From Octopus sinensis (Eukaryota), in assembly GCF_006345805.1 (NCBI RefSeq), contig NC_043003.1, positions 32,674,001 through 32,738,000 of the forward strand: a stretch of DNA of 64,000 bases, in the 5' to 3' direction. The first letter of the stretch is position 1, and every line of letters begins with the position of its first letter. Under the pieces are notes generated by a model. That model saw only the letters and a program-made list of their open reading frames with translations. It searched no databases and was not told where the DNA came from. A program made the translations under genes and the position numbers. Positions 24,420-37,362 of this stretch are shown piece by piece.

Positions 24420-25667
24420 CACAGACATGCAGAAAGTAAATAGACACCTTTAATGTTCAAAATTACTGATTTAAGCATGTAGAATTTACAATGTAATTAT
24501 TCTTTTTCATCCCAGGTACCATTATATTAAGCATTTGCGAAGAGTAACCATGACACGCACAAAAAATTCAACAGAAATGTCAGATTTTCAAAGAAGTTGT
24601 ATTGTTGGGCAATCTGAGGCTGGTATTAGCCAGCGAAAAATTGCCAAAAATCTTCAAATTCCTCTTGCTACTGTTGATAGAACTATAGTGCAGTTGAAAA
24701 GCCAAGGAAAAGAATCAACAGTTTCTCGTCTCGGCCGACCTGGACCTTCGGAAAGGAAGCTTCGTTGAAGAGAATTGTGGAAAACGAACCCCGTTCGAAG
24801 GCTTCTGACATTGCAAAACAACTAGAAGTTAGTCTAAGAACGTGTTACATATCTGCATAAGCTTGGGAATTATGGATGAGTAGCTAGAAGAAAACTTCTC
24901 CTTCAACCAATTAATATCATGAAAAGAAAGAAATGGGCTGAGGAGATGTCAGAAAAGTTCAGTTCATTTTGGGATAGAGTGATTTTCTCAGATGAATCCA
25001 GATTTGCATTATTTTCAGACAGTGGACGTGTTTGGGTCTGGAGGCTTCCCAATCAAGAATTTGATTTGAAGCAACTCCAACCAACTGTGAAACATGGCGG
25101 TATCTCTGTAATGGTATGGGGAGCTGTCACCAGCAATGATCAATCTGAGCTGATTGAATGTGTTGGAACCATAAACTCTGAAAAATACATTGAAATGCTT
25201 AAGCAAGAACTACTTCCGATGTATTCACGCGATACCATAACGAAAAATAAATTTTTATTCATGAAAGATAGGGCTCCATGCCACACAACGAAAAGGAATC
25301 AACAATGGCTGACTGAAAATGGGATCACAAAGCATCCTTGGCCGAGCCAATCTCCTGACATGAACCCAACTGAAAATCTTTGGAACTTACAAGATATAGC
25401 TATACGAAACTCGACAGAAACCTAAATCTAAAAATAGATTGTTTCGATTGTTGCGTGAAAAGTGAGCAGAAATTCCACAAGAGACAATCACAAAGCTCAT
25501 CAGTTCAGTGCCAAAAAAAGTTTCTGAATCAAAAACTGCAAAGGAATGTTAACTAAATACTAAAGTATGTAGTCCTACTTATCAATTACATTTCAATTGT
25601 TCGCTTTGCGTATGAAATAAAATATTTTGAAAATTAAAGGTGTCCATTTACTTCCTGCATGTCTGTG
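24420..25667 (+). mobile_element. Tc1 DNA transposon with both termini
   Basis: TA|CACAGACATGCAGAAAGTAAATAGACACCTTTAAT ... ATTAAAGGTGTCCATTTACTTCCTGCATGTCTGTG|TA. TIRs of about 45 bp and a TA target duplication. Confidence 0.95.
24550..25563 (+). pseudogene. Tc1 transposase (DD34E), with frameshifts and stops
   Basis: HTH N-terminus ([17 protein letters not shown]), then VIFSDESRF, GGISVMVWG, KDRAPCH and SPDMNPTENLW. There are 34 residues between the second D and the E. Confidence 0.93.
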
Positions 25668-25907
25668 TACAAGCTCAATGTTTCTTTCTACAGTTGATTT
25701 CATTTATTTCAAATAACTTTCGTGAAGGACTTACGCAGTCCTTAAAGTTCAGCCACGGTATATGCTGGTTCCGTCTTCCATACAGAACAAGCACACCGTT
25801 CAGCATTTGCTTTGAGATTCGCTAATCATACATACATACATACATACATACATACATACATACATACATACATACATACATACATACTACATACATACAT
25901 ACATACA

Positions 25908-26345
25908 TACCTAATCAGCTGCCCGACGGATGTTAACATTAAGCTAAAGATCAGTGAAAAAGAAAATACCTACGCTGGACTATTGAGAAATCTACAGTTA
26001 CTCTATCCAGGTTACGAGTTCAGTTTTATGCCTGTAATTATCAGGGTACTGGGATATGTAACACACTGCCTAAATACCAATCTTGAGAAATTAGGCTTCT
26101 CAAAACCAGAAAGGAGAAAGCTGAATCGACGACTACAGGTCCAAGCCATCACTGGAACTGTAAAGATCTGTAGAACTTACCAGAAGTTTATCATTTAAGT
26201 ACGTCTAGATATGCAACCATATGCATGAGAATATATACATAAAAAAACATACAAATCTGCACGCAAATACCCTGTTGATGTTGAAATTTCAATGAAAGTG
26301 CGTTGGATCTAGGTTAGAAACCGACTCTTTCTCTTTTGCCAAGAA
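25908..26345 (+). mobile_element. REL-endonuclease LINE 3' end (best-preserved copy)
   Basis: ISCPTDVNIKLKISEKENTYAGLLRNLQLLYPGYEFSFMPVIIRVLGYV...QAITGTVKICRTYQKF-stop is a REL domain C-terminus of R4/Dong type. Flanked by (CATA)n and (CA)n. Confidence 0.85.
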
Positions 26346-26477
26346 CACACACACACACACATACATGCATATATATATACACATGCATACATAAACGCAC
26401 ATACATACATACATACACACATACATACATACAACATACATACATACATACATACATACATACATACATACATACAT

Positions 26478-26695
26478 GCTTAGATACATAATACTGCTAC
26501 TAATAATAATAATTGATGCATTTGATTTGGTTAGTAAATGCCAAAGTGACAATCTGAATAAGCTAGGATCTTCAATAAAATGAGGCGACCAGCTAATTAA
26601 CACATTACAAATACGATCTGTAAGTGGAACTGTATAAATATGCAAGACTTTTGTCAAGTTTAAATGCGAATTTGTTTTTACTGCCAATAAATAGT
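26478..26695 (+). mobile_element. Second, older REL LINE 3' fragment
   Basis: IIDAFDLVSKCQSDNLNKLGSS..GDQLINTLQIRSVSGTV.ICKTFVKFKC parallels 26030-26195. Confidence 0.7.
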
Positions 26696-26799
26696 CCACA
26701 TTGGATCTTTATACCTTTGACAGAAACCAACAACTTTTTTGCCATGAAGATTTCAAATAATTAAAAATAGAAGAAAACATACATAAATTCTTTTCTAAG

Positions 26800-26990
26800 C
26801 ATATTTGGGGGGAGAGGAGCCAGTCGATTAGATCGACACCAGTATACAACTGGTACATAATTTATCAACCTCGAAAGGATGAAAGGCAAAGTCGACTTCG
26901 GCGGAATTTGGACTCAAAACGTAAAGACAGACGAAATACCGCTAAGCATTTCGCCCGGCGTACTAACGTTTTTGCCAGCTCGCCGCCTTA
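26800..26990 (-). mobile_element. SINE family B
   Basis: Close match to the reverse complement of 53165-53340. Confidence 0.88.
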
Positions 26991-27689
26991 GAACATACAT
27001 ATATTAACGAAGTAACGAGAAATCTGTAGATACTATATCCGAACAACAAATTCAGAAAAACAGAGAACGGAAGATTAATTAAAATAATTTAATTATAACT
27101 ATAAGTATTTAATTATAATTATAATTATAATGTGGTAACAGTAGTGAATCTATAAATATGTAATGCATTCGAGAAGTTACACATACAGACATATGAACTT
27201 TTGTGAGTGTATGCCTACATAAGAGAAAACATACAGACCCATACACGCATTCATATCTCTCCATGCAAACGTACATTTCACACGTACGTACACACACACA
27301 AATATATATAAGCGCGTGTGTGTGTATGTGTGTGTGTGTGGTTTACTTATTATTTATTCATTTAAGCGTACACACACTTACAAACAAACTTATATTACGC
27401 ATGGACATACATGCAAACATACATGCACATATACACATACATACAAAATCTTTACATCAATGATATATTATCTTCTTTGTTCTACTCAACAATAATTAGA
27501 GATTACAAAATCTTGTAGCAAATTCATCATGTAAATGTGCTGTGAACCTAGGTAGATTGACCAAAGATTACTATACCAGAATTTTCAAAATATTTTAGTC
27601 GGGGCTTTTATCTTGTAACCAGGCAATAACTTATAATGCATTTCGGTATCATAACTGATATCATCAATTGGGATACTTCACCAGTCTAT

Positions 27690-27853
27690 GGAAGAAATCC
27701 ACTCCACTACACAATTGGTACTTATTTTATCGATCCCGAAAGGACGAAAGGCAAAGTCGACTTCAATGAAATTTGAATCAGAACGTAAACACGAATGAAA
27801 TGTCCTTAAAGATTCTGCCCGGCGAGCTAACGAATCTGCCAGCTTACCGCCTT
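27690..27853 (-). mobile_element. SINE family B
   Basis: GGTACTTATTTTATCGATCCCGAAAGGACGAAAGGCAAAGTCGAC...CTGCCAGCTTACCGCC. Confidence 0.8.
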
Positions 27854-27869
27854 CTACTCTATAAATCTC

Positions 27870-28385
27870 AAAACCCAGCCAAATTCTGACATCAGTTAGA
27901 AGCTTTCACAAAAATAGTAATATTAAGAGGCTCTGTTTCAGAAGGAAATAAGGGGGAGAAGCTTAATATTAGCCCAGACAACCTTTGAATGCCTTATGAT
28001 ATTACTCAAACGTCATCTGCTAAACGACAGCAGCAAAACGAAGGACATCGACCAAGTACTTAGCTCAGATATGAAAAGAACAATATCCTAGGGGGTCGGG
28101 ATGAACTCCTCGTGAAGTACTCACTCCCTGGTGACATTCTATGTGACACAAAATTAGCTGGAGTAGTTTATCTCGATGAAGACTTGCAGACAAAATTCTC
28201 AGCATGCCATAGAAAGAGTATGCATGGACATTTTTCCTGTAAACTTGAAAAAGATTATTAATGAGAAGTATAGCTGCTCTCCTAGACCGGTATATCTTAT
28301 CACATTGAAGATTATGCTTTTGAAATCCATGAGTAGGAGATAGCCTTGAAATACCTAATAAATAAAAGAGACAGCAAAGCACTTA
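27870..28385 (+). mobile_element. REL LINE internal fragment (linker between RT and zinc knuckle)
   Basis: Decayed frames NSNIKRL, KGRSLILAQTTFEC, KSMHGHF and ITLKIMLLK/DYAFEIHE.EIALKYLINKRD resemble the 'RLY...GGRGL', 'MHG.F' and 'AIQEQEI.TKYL' segments of R4/Dong elements. Confidence 0.6.
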
Positions 28386-29935
28386 ATCGCTCAAGATATT
28401 GATATTACACTTGTGAGTAGAGCTTCCTAACAATGTCATTAATATAACACACCATCCAATAGGGTATGATGGGTTTTTGTTTTGTTTTTTGTTTGCTTTT
28501 TGTCCTTGTTATCTAAATCAATATGTAATGCAATCTGTAGGAAAGACATCTCAAAGATAAATGTAGAAAATATTTTTATTATTAAATAGATACGAACGTG
28601 TGATCATAAGAAATACTCCTGGAACGTTTACAAAGAAACGTACTGCAAGTGTAAATTACACCAAGTGCAAATTATGTTCATTTATAAAAGTCAGCTGATT
28701 TGCAGTGTAAATATGTATTTCAAAATCAGTGAGAAAGGTATTGATGTATAAATGCTTCGAAACCTAGGGATTCTCTATCCAAATTATAAATTCACGTTTT
28801 TACTTATAAATGTTAGTGCCTTCGTTATGCTAGTAAATATGTAAATGGTAAAGTACCTCTCTTAACATAGCTAGAACTGCGTGCTAATGAGTTTTCTCCC
28901 CTTTCAGAGCCAAAAGGCATATCTATCCTCAACAGTTATTGATACTATACAAATAACTGATGAAGCCATAAAACAGTGTTGTGCTCATACCTGGAATAGT
29001 GCTTGCTGCATACATAGGTCCTCTAGAACACATCGAGGAAAGGTCATCGGACTGATTGGCTTGAAGTCACTCACAGACACGATCCATTCTCTAATACACG
29101 GATGTAGTGTCTCCTTTATCTCTGACTCACCTCTCTCTATTACCTTTCTATCTCTCCCTCTCTTTCACTCTCTCTCTCTCTCTCTCTCTCTCCCACTCTC
29201 TGCGCTTTCTACCGTTACGATAATGCCCTCTACTCAGAGCTAGTTGACCTCATACAAACTCCACTCGGCATTCTCACCTCATTCTTGTCTCCTCTTCACA
29301 TAAAATCTGTAAAAAGAGTCTTAAAAATATGTGGGGTGTTCTTGAAGTTCAACAAGTTGTTATCTAACTTTCAACGATGGATCTTTCCTTCTTTGTAAGA
29401 AACCAGTTCCTTCTTTATAAGAGGGAAGAAATCAAATAATTTATACTGAAATTTAACAAATATACATACACTCTTGCATACATACTTCAAAAAGGATGTG
29501 TTGTAGCCTTGCATTTCTATTAACACCGTATGAGATCTGGGCAGTAACACTGAAGCTTAGTCTCTAATGGAGAAGAAATTTCAACAGTTATCTTAATTTG
29601 GGGGAGCGCAGAAATATAAGCACAATTATAATGCCTAATGAAATTAAGGAAACCATGCAATTAAAGCCGTCGCTGACCACCCCCTAGGGGATATTGGTAA
29701 ATCCTACTTTACACAACAATATCAAAGAATATACCCTTTCACTAAGAAGACTGTATATAGGTACTTGAAAGGGAATAGAAGGAAATAACACAGTAAAAGA
29801 TTGTTCAGTACTGACATACGTATAACATCTCATCTTGAAGGTTATCTTCCTGCAATCCAGATGCGTCTATGTATATGTGTGCTTTCTTGGTAATTGTATG
29901 TGTGTTTGCATGTGCTTCCTTGGTAATTATATATA

Positions 29936-30340
29936 CTCTTTTTTTACTTGTTTCAGTCATTTGACTGCGGCCATGCTGGAGCACCGCCTTTAGTCGAGCA
30001 ACTCGACCCCAGGACTTATTCTTTGTAAGCCCAGTACTTATTCTATCGGTCTCTTTTGCCGAACCGCCAAGTGACGGGGACGTAAACACACCAGCATCAG
30101 TTGTCAAGCAATGCTAGGGGAACAAACACAGACACACAAACATATTCACACACACTTATATATATATACATATATACGACAGGCTTCTTTCAGTTTCCGT
30201 CTACCAAATCCACTCACAAGGCATTGGTCGGCCCGGGGCTATAGCAGAAGACACTTGCCCAAGATGCCACGCGTGGGACTGAACCCGGAACCATGTGGTT
30301 GGTTAGCAAGCTACTTACCAAACAGCCACTCCTGCGCCTA
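29936..30340 (-). mobile_element. SINE family A, full length
   Basis: Near-identical to 34868-35280 and to the reverse complement of 49010-49432. Confidence 0.92.
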
Positions 30341-30393
30341 TATATATATTATATATATATATATTATATATATATATATATATATAATATATA

Positions 30394-30478
<85 letters not shown>

Positions 30479-30902
30479 TATGTACGTACGTACGTAAGAA
30501 TTTATGTTGAATTTATGAACGAGAGAAAGTGCTCAAAACGGAGTAGGGTTTATTCATTTATACATTCGGGTATGTGTGCGTGGATACATACGCATATGTG
30601 TGTGTGCGCGCGCGTGTGTGTATGTTTCTATGTATGGTATGTGTGTATTGGTAGATAACGATTTCTAACGTTAATAAGGTGACCAATGCTGAAAAGTATA
30701 TACAATCATATCGACTTCAATCTTTGAATCGCATTACATATATTGTTGACCCAAGAAAGATGAAAGGCAAATTTGACTGCTCAATTTGAACTTAGAATTC
30801 AAAGACCTGTAAAAAAAATACTGATAGATATATCATGCCTACAGTTCTTCCGACTGGCAGTCATTGTCCTAAGGTATATTAGAATACAGTTCTATACTTA
30901 AG

Positions 30903-31078
30903 AGATGAGGAATTATGTACATTATTTACATTATTTACATTCTTTACATTTGACGGATATTTGTCCTCATCTTTTTTATTGTTAACACGTTTCGGCTGAT
31001 ATACCCTCCAGCCTTTATCAGGTGTCTTGGGGAAATTTCGAACATGGGTTCTCATTTCTAAGGTATTTTTCGATGTTG

Positions 31079-31153
<75 letters not shown>

Positions 31154-31332
31154 CAGGTCATTGCTTGGAATTTAACTAATAATAATATCGCAAAAATACT
31201 TCAGGAATGAGAACCCAGGTTCGAAATTTCCCCAAGACACCTAATGAAAGCTGGAGGATATATCAGCCGGAATGTTATATTAACAACAAAGATGAGGAGG
31301 ACATAAATCCGTCAAATGTAAATAATGCGTAT
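30903..31332. repeat. Inverted pair (~150-bp arms) of a Penelope-like repeat, family H4, each arm with a degenerate hammerhead
   Basis: The left arm (~30935-31085) is the reverse complement of the right arm (~31180-31330), around a (TAT)n spacer. Cores are at 30987-31021 (-) and 31241-31276 (+). Confidence 0.8.
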
Positions 31333-31441
31333 CAGAATATGCGTATATTTTAATGAAAATGTTAGAATCGTTCTGTTTAAATTAAGTAACTTTGCCGATT
31401 TTTCCCCTTCTTCAAATCCTTGAATAATTTTGCTGTTTATG

Positions 31442-31610
31442 AAGTGTAGCCATGGATGTACGATTAAGAAGCTCGCTTTGCAGCCTCGTATTTTAGGGTT
31501 GAGACCCATAGCATGGCACCTTACGTAAGTGTCTTCTACAATTTCACGGGCTGGATGGTGTCCTGTGAGTTGAAATTTGGTAGTTGAAAACTGTGTGGGT
31601 ACCCGTCGTA

Positions 31611-31667
<57 letters not shown>

Positions 31668-31996
31668 GTGTATCTATCTGTGTATGTGTGTGTGTATGTG
31701 TGCGTGTGTGTATGTGTGTGTGCGTGTGTATGTGTGTGTGTGTGCGTGTGTATGTGTGTGTGTGTGTCTGTGTGTGTGTAGGCATCTTTGTATTTGCCCC
31801 ACCAACACTGCTTGACAACCGAAGATGGTGTGTTTACATTCCTGTAACTAGCAGTTCGGTAAAAAAAAAAAAAAAGACTGGTAGGATAGATGCAAGATTT
31901 TCAAAAATAATAACTGGGCTCGACCTATACGACTAAATCCTTCAAGATGGTGCCCCAGCAAGGCCACAGTCCAATGACTGGAACAAGAAAAAGATA
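31442..31996 (+). mobile_element. Diverged SINE family A with an expanded internal microsatellite
   Basis: Head, core and tail are recognisable around a (TCTA)n(TG)n tract. Confidence 0.75.
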
Positions 31997-32329
31997 ATTG
32001 CATTTAGGGTCTCACGTACCGTAAACTGACTGTGCATAAACAGTATCTATTTTGTAAGCGGAATATGAATGGGGGTATTAGTGGAAAGAAGGCTTACGTA
32101 ATATACTAGGAATCATGAAAATTGTCTTATCTGTACGTTGCTTGAAAGAATTATAACTGTATTTTAGATATTCATATATTGAATAAATAGTGACAGGAGT
32201 CACTTGCCTCAGTATATCACAGTACTTCTATATATTGTCAAAGTGAGCTTTCGAGTTGTCCACTGAATTATGTAAAAATTTAAATACGACGGACTTTACC
32301 AGTGTCAGGCATGAAGCTGATAGAATCTA

Positions 32330-33110
32330 TAGGAAATGGAAATAATACTTCGATATAAGATCCCTTCTTAGCAACGTTAAGTGCATATATGGAGTGAAAT
32401 ATTGGCAGCAGCTGCATTCAAATCAATGAAGTCTTTAATACCCAGACATCAATAAGTATTTTTAAAAGCTCTGCCCAATTCGTCTATAATACATTTGTAT
32501 ATGACTTTTGCTCTTCTATAATTCAATAAAATGAAGAATGACATGCAGTAGGATAGGATAGCTGGATTCTTTCCAATGTTACGCTGCATTTTATCGGCTT
32601 CTGGTGGCTAAACAAAATCGGTGATACACTACTTTACAAAAGCAGTAGATGGGCACACATTAATTTCATAGTCGTTTGAATCAACCATGGGATTGGCAAA
32701 GCCGCAGCCAAGTTTCGGAGAATGTGCACTGTCTGATTCTTCAAAACTGTCAGTTTACACATAAATATCCGGCTCAATAATAGCATAGTTCTGTCAATTG
32801 TTCTCTATGCTAGTGAGATATGGAATAACACCGCGAAAATAAACAGAAATCCCGTTGTTTTCCATCAATGATGCTTGAGAAGGATTCTCAGAACGTACTG
32901 GCAAGATAAAGTAACCAATGAAACGATCTAACGACAGCCATCCAACACAGAACCACTTAGCGATATCATCACGGGACGAAGATTGAAAACTACATGGTGC
33001 AAAACATTCATAACCGACATATCACATAGATAAATGTAGAGAAAATGCAGCCACCAGATGCCAGTGGTGTCAACTTGCTGCCCAGTGTCTTCGAGTGCAC
33101 AGGAGTAACT
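32330..33110 (+). mobile_element. Decayed RTE LINE 3' part
   Basis: IGKAAAKFRRM...IRLNNSIVLSIVLYASEIW...FHQ.CLRRILRTYWQDKVTNE, ending WCQLAAQCLRVHRSN-stop. Confidence 0.7.
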
Positions 33111-33214
33111 GATACAGATACTGATTGTTGAATCTTACACTACTCGTGACAGATTTCTTCGTAACAATACGGTGAGGAAAATTTCGTGGTTTTAAATGCT
33201 CTTGTTTCTCTGTG

Positions 33215-33282
<68 letters not shown>

Positions 33283-33305
33283 TTTTTCTTTCCAGCTCAC
33301 TCTCT

Positions 33306-33500
33306 AATATTGGCACAAGTCCAGTAATTTGGGGGCAGGAGTACGTCGATTACATCAACCGGTACTTATTTTATCGACTCCGAAAGGGCGAAAGGCAAAC
33401 GTGACCCCGATGGCATTTGAACTGAGAACGTAAAGTCGGAAGAAATGCCGCTAAGCATTTTTCCAGCGCGGTAACAATATTTTGCCAGCTCTTTGCCTTA
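33306..33500 (-). mobile_element. SINE family B
   Basis: GTCGATTACATCAACCGGTACTTATTTTATCGAC...TTGCCAGCTC. Confidence 0.8.
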
Positions 33501-33957
33501 TCTCACACATCAGTATTCGTTCTAAATCGAGAAGTCATGTGTGAGAAGATGAGGGAGGATTATGCTCAGAGCAGAGACTTGATCAGAATGCTTGCAGTCG
33601 CATGGGTTCCTCGAGACATCACACAAACTCAATGACTAATTCACACATACTCTTAAAAAAATTAATTCGTAGACGGAACATGGAAAATGCACAAGACTTT
33701 TCTAAAGTTGGCCAAGTTGATTTGTAAATACTACTTTAGGAGATTTGCATATTAATTAGAAACCAGGTTTTTCTTAATATGAAGAATCCAAATAATTGAA
33801 AAGATACGCGTTTTATACACACACATACACCACCCACCACCACCACTACAGCAGCAGCATACATACATACGCAAACGTATCACACGGTACACAGGGGTAC
33901 AATACTATCCTCACTGTTACATGAAAGTTACGGCATCACCAAATATAGCAAATGATG

Positions 33958-34288
33958 TAAAGACTCTCTTCGGTCATGACTGATCGTGAGATTGCACCTA
34001 GAAAGTTCCCCTCCGCAGCACAAGCCTGGACAAGGTTGTTTATGGAAGAGCACCAGTCGTCCATGCATAACGGCCTCCCCCGTTCCATGTCACCGATGTT
34101 ATCCAAGGGAAGACAAAGGCTTGGCACCAGTGACGTCGCAACACATTTCTGCAGCTGATTGAACTGGAGCAACGTGAAATAAAGTGTCTTGCTCAAAGTC
34201 ACAACACACAGCCCACTTCAGAAACAGAACTCACTACCTCGTGATTGTGAGATAAGTCCCCTAACCACTGGGCCATGCACCTTCACTT
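33958..34288 (-). mobile_element. SINE, head/core type C with tail Y
   Basis: Reverse-complement homologue of 51512-51860. Confidence 0.85.
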
Positions 34289-34317
34289 AGCAAATGATGC
34301 CAATAAACAGTGATAAA

Positions 34318-34460
34318 ACAGTGAATTGGCAGAACCGGTAAAACGTCCTTGCAGTAACTATTTCAGCTCTTTGCTTTTTGATTTCAAATACAACTGAGGT
34401 TAACTTTCCGTTTCATCCTTCCGAGATCGGCAAAATAAAGCAATAGTATCAATCTAGGGT
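34318..34460 (+). mobile_element. Diverged SINE family B
   Basis: GTGAATTGGCAGAACCGG...GAGGTTAACTTTCCGTTTCATCCTTCCG. Confidence 0.55.
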
Positions 34461-34469
34461 TGTAGTTCT

Positions 34470-34644
<175 letters not shown>

Positions 34645-34867
34645 ATACTAAATATTGAATGGATATTTTGTCCAGCGCTTTACTGATACAGTAATCTATC
34701 GGCTTGGTTAAGTAATTAATACATTGCCAGCTTTCAGCAGCAAGACAAATGAGTTGTACGAGAATTGATAGATGACGTTAATATTTTTGTGAATGGCAAT
34801 ACTGAAGATCAGTATCTCAATAGAGATGCGATGAAAGTGCCAGTAGTAGTTATAGTTAAACTCTATA

Positions 34868-35280
34868 CTTTTTACTCTTCACTCTTTTACTTGTTTCAGT
34901 CATTTGACTGCGGCCATGCTGGAGCACCGCCTTTAGTCGAGCAAATCGACCCCGGGACTTATTCTTTTTGTAAGCCCAGTACTTATTCTATCGGTCTCTT
35001 TCGCCGAACCGCTAAGTGACGGGGACGTAAACACACCGGCATCGGTTGTCAAGCAATGCTAGGGGGACAAACACAGACATACAAACACACACACATACGT
35101 ATATATACATATATACGACAGGCTTCTTTCAGTTTCCGTCTACCAAATCCACTCACATGGCTTTGGTCGGCCCGGGGCTATAGCAGAAGACACTTGCCCA
35201 AGATGCCACGCAGTGGGACTGAACCCGGAACCATGTGGTTGGTTAGCAAGCTACTTACCACACAGCCACTCCTGCGCCTA
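34868..35280 (-). mobile_element. SINE family A, full length
   Basis: Full head-to-tail match to the other family A copies. Confidence 0.92.
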
Positions 35281-35347
35281 TGTATAATTTTTTAAACATT
35301 CGGTACTCTAATTAAACCTGTGTGTTTTGCTTACATTATCAACATCA

Positions 35348-35508
35348 TAGGCGCAGGCGTGGCTGTGTGGTAAGAAGCTTGCTTCCCTACCACATGGTTC
35401 CGGGTTTAGATTCACTGCGTGGCATCTTAGGCAATTGTCTTCTACTACATCCGTGGGCGACCAAGGCCATGTGAGTAGATTTGATAGACGGAAACTGAAA
35501 GAAGCCTT

Positions 35509-35510
<2 letters not shown>
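35348..35510 (+). mobile_element. SINE family A 5' half, head-to-head with the previous copy
   Basis: TAGGCGCAGGCGTGGCTGTGTGGTAAGAAGC...GAAACTGAAAGAAGCC, then (GT)n. Confidence 0.85.
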
Positions 35511-35548
<38 letters not shown>

Positions 35549-36080
35549 AAAATCACAGATTTTGCAAATAACTACCCAGGGTTTTCTGATCGAAATAATA
35601 ATTTATCAAGCTGAAAACAAGACCGTCTGTTAGTTGATTTTTTTTTTAGTAGGTAGCGTTTAAACAAGGAAGCTTGTAAAGAAGAAGACAAAAACGAAAA
35701 GCACAAGGGAAATAAACTATGTTACAATAATTCGATGACAAGCAGCCGTAAACCAGATGTTAATGGTTTTAAATGTAGACATAAAGAAAAAGTCTCGTTC
35801 CACGAATTTATGTATTCTTTGGAAATTCTCCAAGCGAACACACTGAATATTTTCTATACCCGTTAATATAGGGTCTGGATTTAAAGAAGATTCACCATCT
35901 GATATCGAAATTGATCCCTTCGTCTTTAAGTTTCCAGTTTAAAGCTGGAAGGGTTGTTGAATGTCTTTTATCACGCTACCTAAAATTCGAAAGATGGTTG
36001 CTATATCTAGATTAAAATTTTTCTCCCACGACTCCGATAAATAACGTTTGATATTTGTACAACCATCGTCGTAGTTGATC

Positions 36081-36122
<42 letters not shown>

Positions 36123-36139
36123 ATATATTATATATATAA

Positions 36140-36529
36140 CTAGCAGTATCGCCCGGCGTTTCTCGGGTTTGTAAGGGAAATAACTATATAGGCATTATTA
36201 GAGAGTTATAGCCAAAAAAATAGCAAAAAAATGCATTAAAATGGAAAAAAATGATGGTAATTTTTTTTAAATGGTTGACTCATCGTAGACATTTTTAGAG
36301 AGTTACTTCCCTTATATAATAGCGAAAAAATGCATTAAAATGGAAAAAAATGATGGTAATTTTTTTAATCGTAGACTCATCGTAGAACGCGCGCTAATAC
36401 CCAGAAGGGCTCGATATGAATTACGACTATAAGATACCGGTTTTGGTTAAACTGCACCGCAAAATGTGGGAGTAGTTAGGAATCTAAATCGTAGGAGACA
36501 ACACTCACCAACTTCACTTTTCTATATAA

Positions 36530-36532
<3 letters not shown>
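36140..36532 (-). mobile_element. Complete 393-bp non-autonomous Helitron
   Basis: Minus strand: A|TCTTTATATAGAAAAG ... CCCGAG-AAAC-GCCGGG-CGATACTG-CTAG|T, inserted in (TA)n. Has an internal direct repeat (~36227 and ~36325). Confidence 0.93.
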
Positions 36533-36562
<30 letters not shown>

Positions 36563-36577
<15 letters not shown>

Positions 36578-36720
36578 TATATGGAAAAAAAGTCAAAATA
36601 CAAAAACGCCTAAAATAATTTTATAAAAAAACTTTCAGTACCGGTTTCAGTCATTGAGACTTTTTAACTGTAACAATTAAACAATTAATTTAGAAAAATT
36701 AAAAGAAAAGGTTTTTTTAA
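36563..36720 (-). mobile_element. Short Penelope-like repeat, family H3 (second copy)
   Basis: Minus strand: CAG-TTAAAA-AGTC-TCAAT-GACT-GAAACCGGTA-CTG at 36670-36635. Ends in (TA)n. Confidence 0.55.
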
Positions 36721-37059
36721 AAGAATATTTGTATAGTGTTCAAATACAAGGGGCATTTTCCTTGTTTCTGCCTGTCTCTGTCTCTCTTGTTTAATCTTGT
36801 GGGTTCGAGGTCGTTGTGAATTCTTGGAAGGGAAGAAGGAGAAGAAAAAGAAGAAGAAGTAGCAGGAGGAGGAGAAGGGCAAGAAGAAGAAGAATGTGGG
36901 AGTGCCATGACAGTAGTATTTTGAATGGTCAGCTAATGACCCACGGTGGATGGTAGCACGTCGCTGTTCAATTCATGAAAATATTTCTTTTGAATATTTT
37001 GTTTATAGATTTGCGTAGGTGTATTCTAACAGCATTAGTGATAAAATTAGGAAGGAGAG

Positions 37060-37215
37060 ACGGGGAAGAAGAAGAAGAGGAGGAGGGAGGAGGAGGAGAA
37101 GAAAAGAAGAAGAAGAAGAAGAGAAGAAGAAGAGAAGAAGAAGAAGAAGAAGAGAAGAAGAAGAGAAGAAGAAGAAGAAGAAGAAGAAGAAGAAGAAGGG
37201 AGAAGAAGAAGGAAT
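37060..37215 (+). repeat. (GAA)n/(GGA)n purine tract
   Basis: Direct inspection. Confidence 0.95.
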
Positions 37216-37362
37216 GTAGGTAGCGTGAAAGTAGTAAGGTGTTAAATGACTTAAAGTTGGCACGTTATGGATTATAGCAGTGATTGGCACTGTTTTTTAA
37301 TGGATTCTTGGAAATCTCTTGAGTGCATCAATTTTAATATTTGCGTGTGTATTTGTGTTATT

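Noticed and set aside
36975-37290. Poly-E/K/R and poly-F/S/L ORFs
   Set aside because: Products of the (GAA)n/(GGA)n tract.
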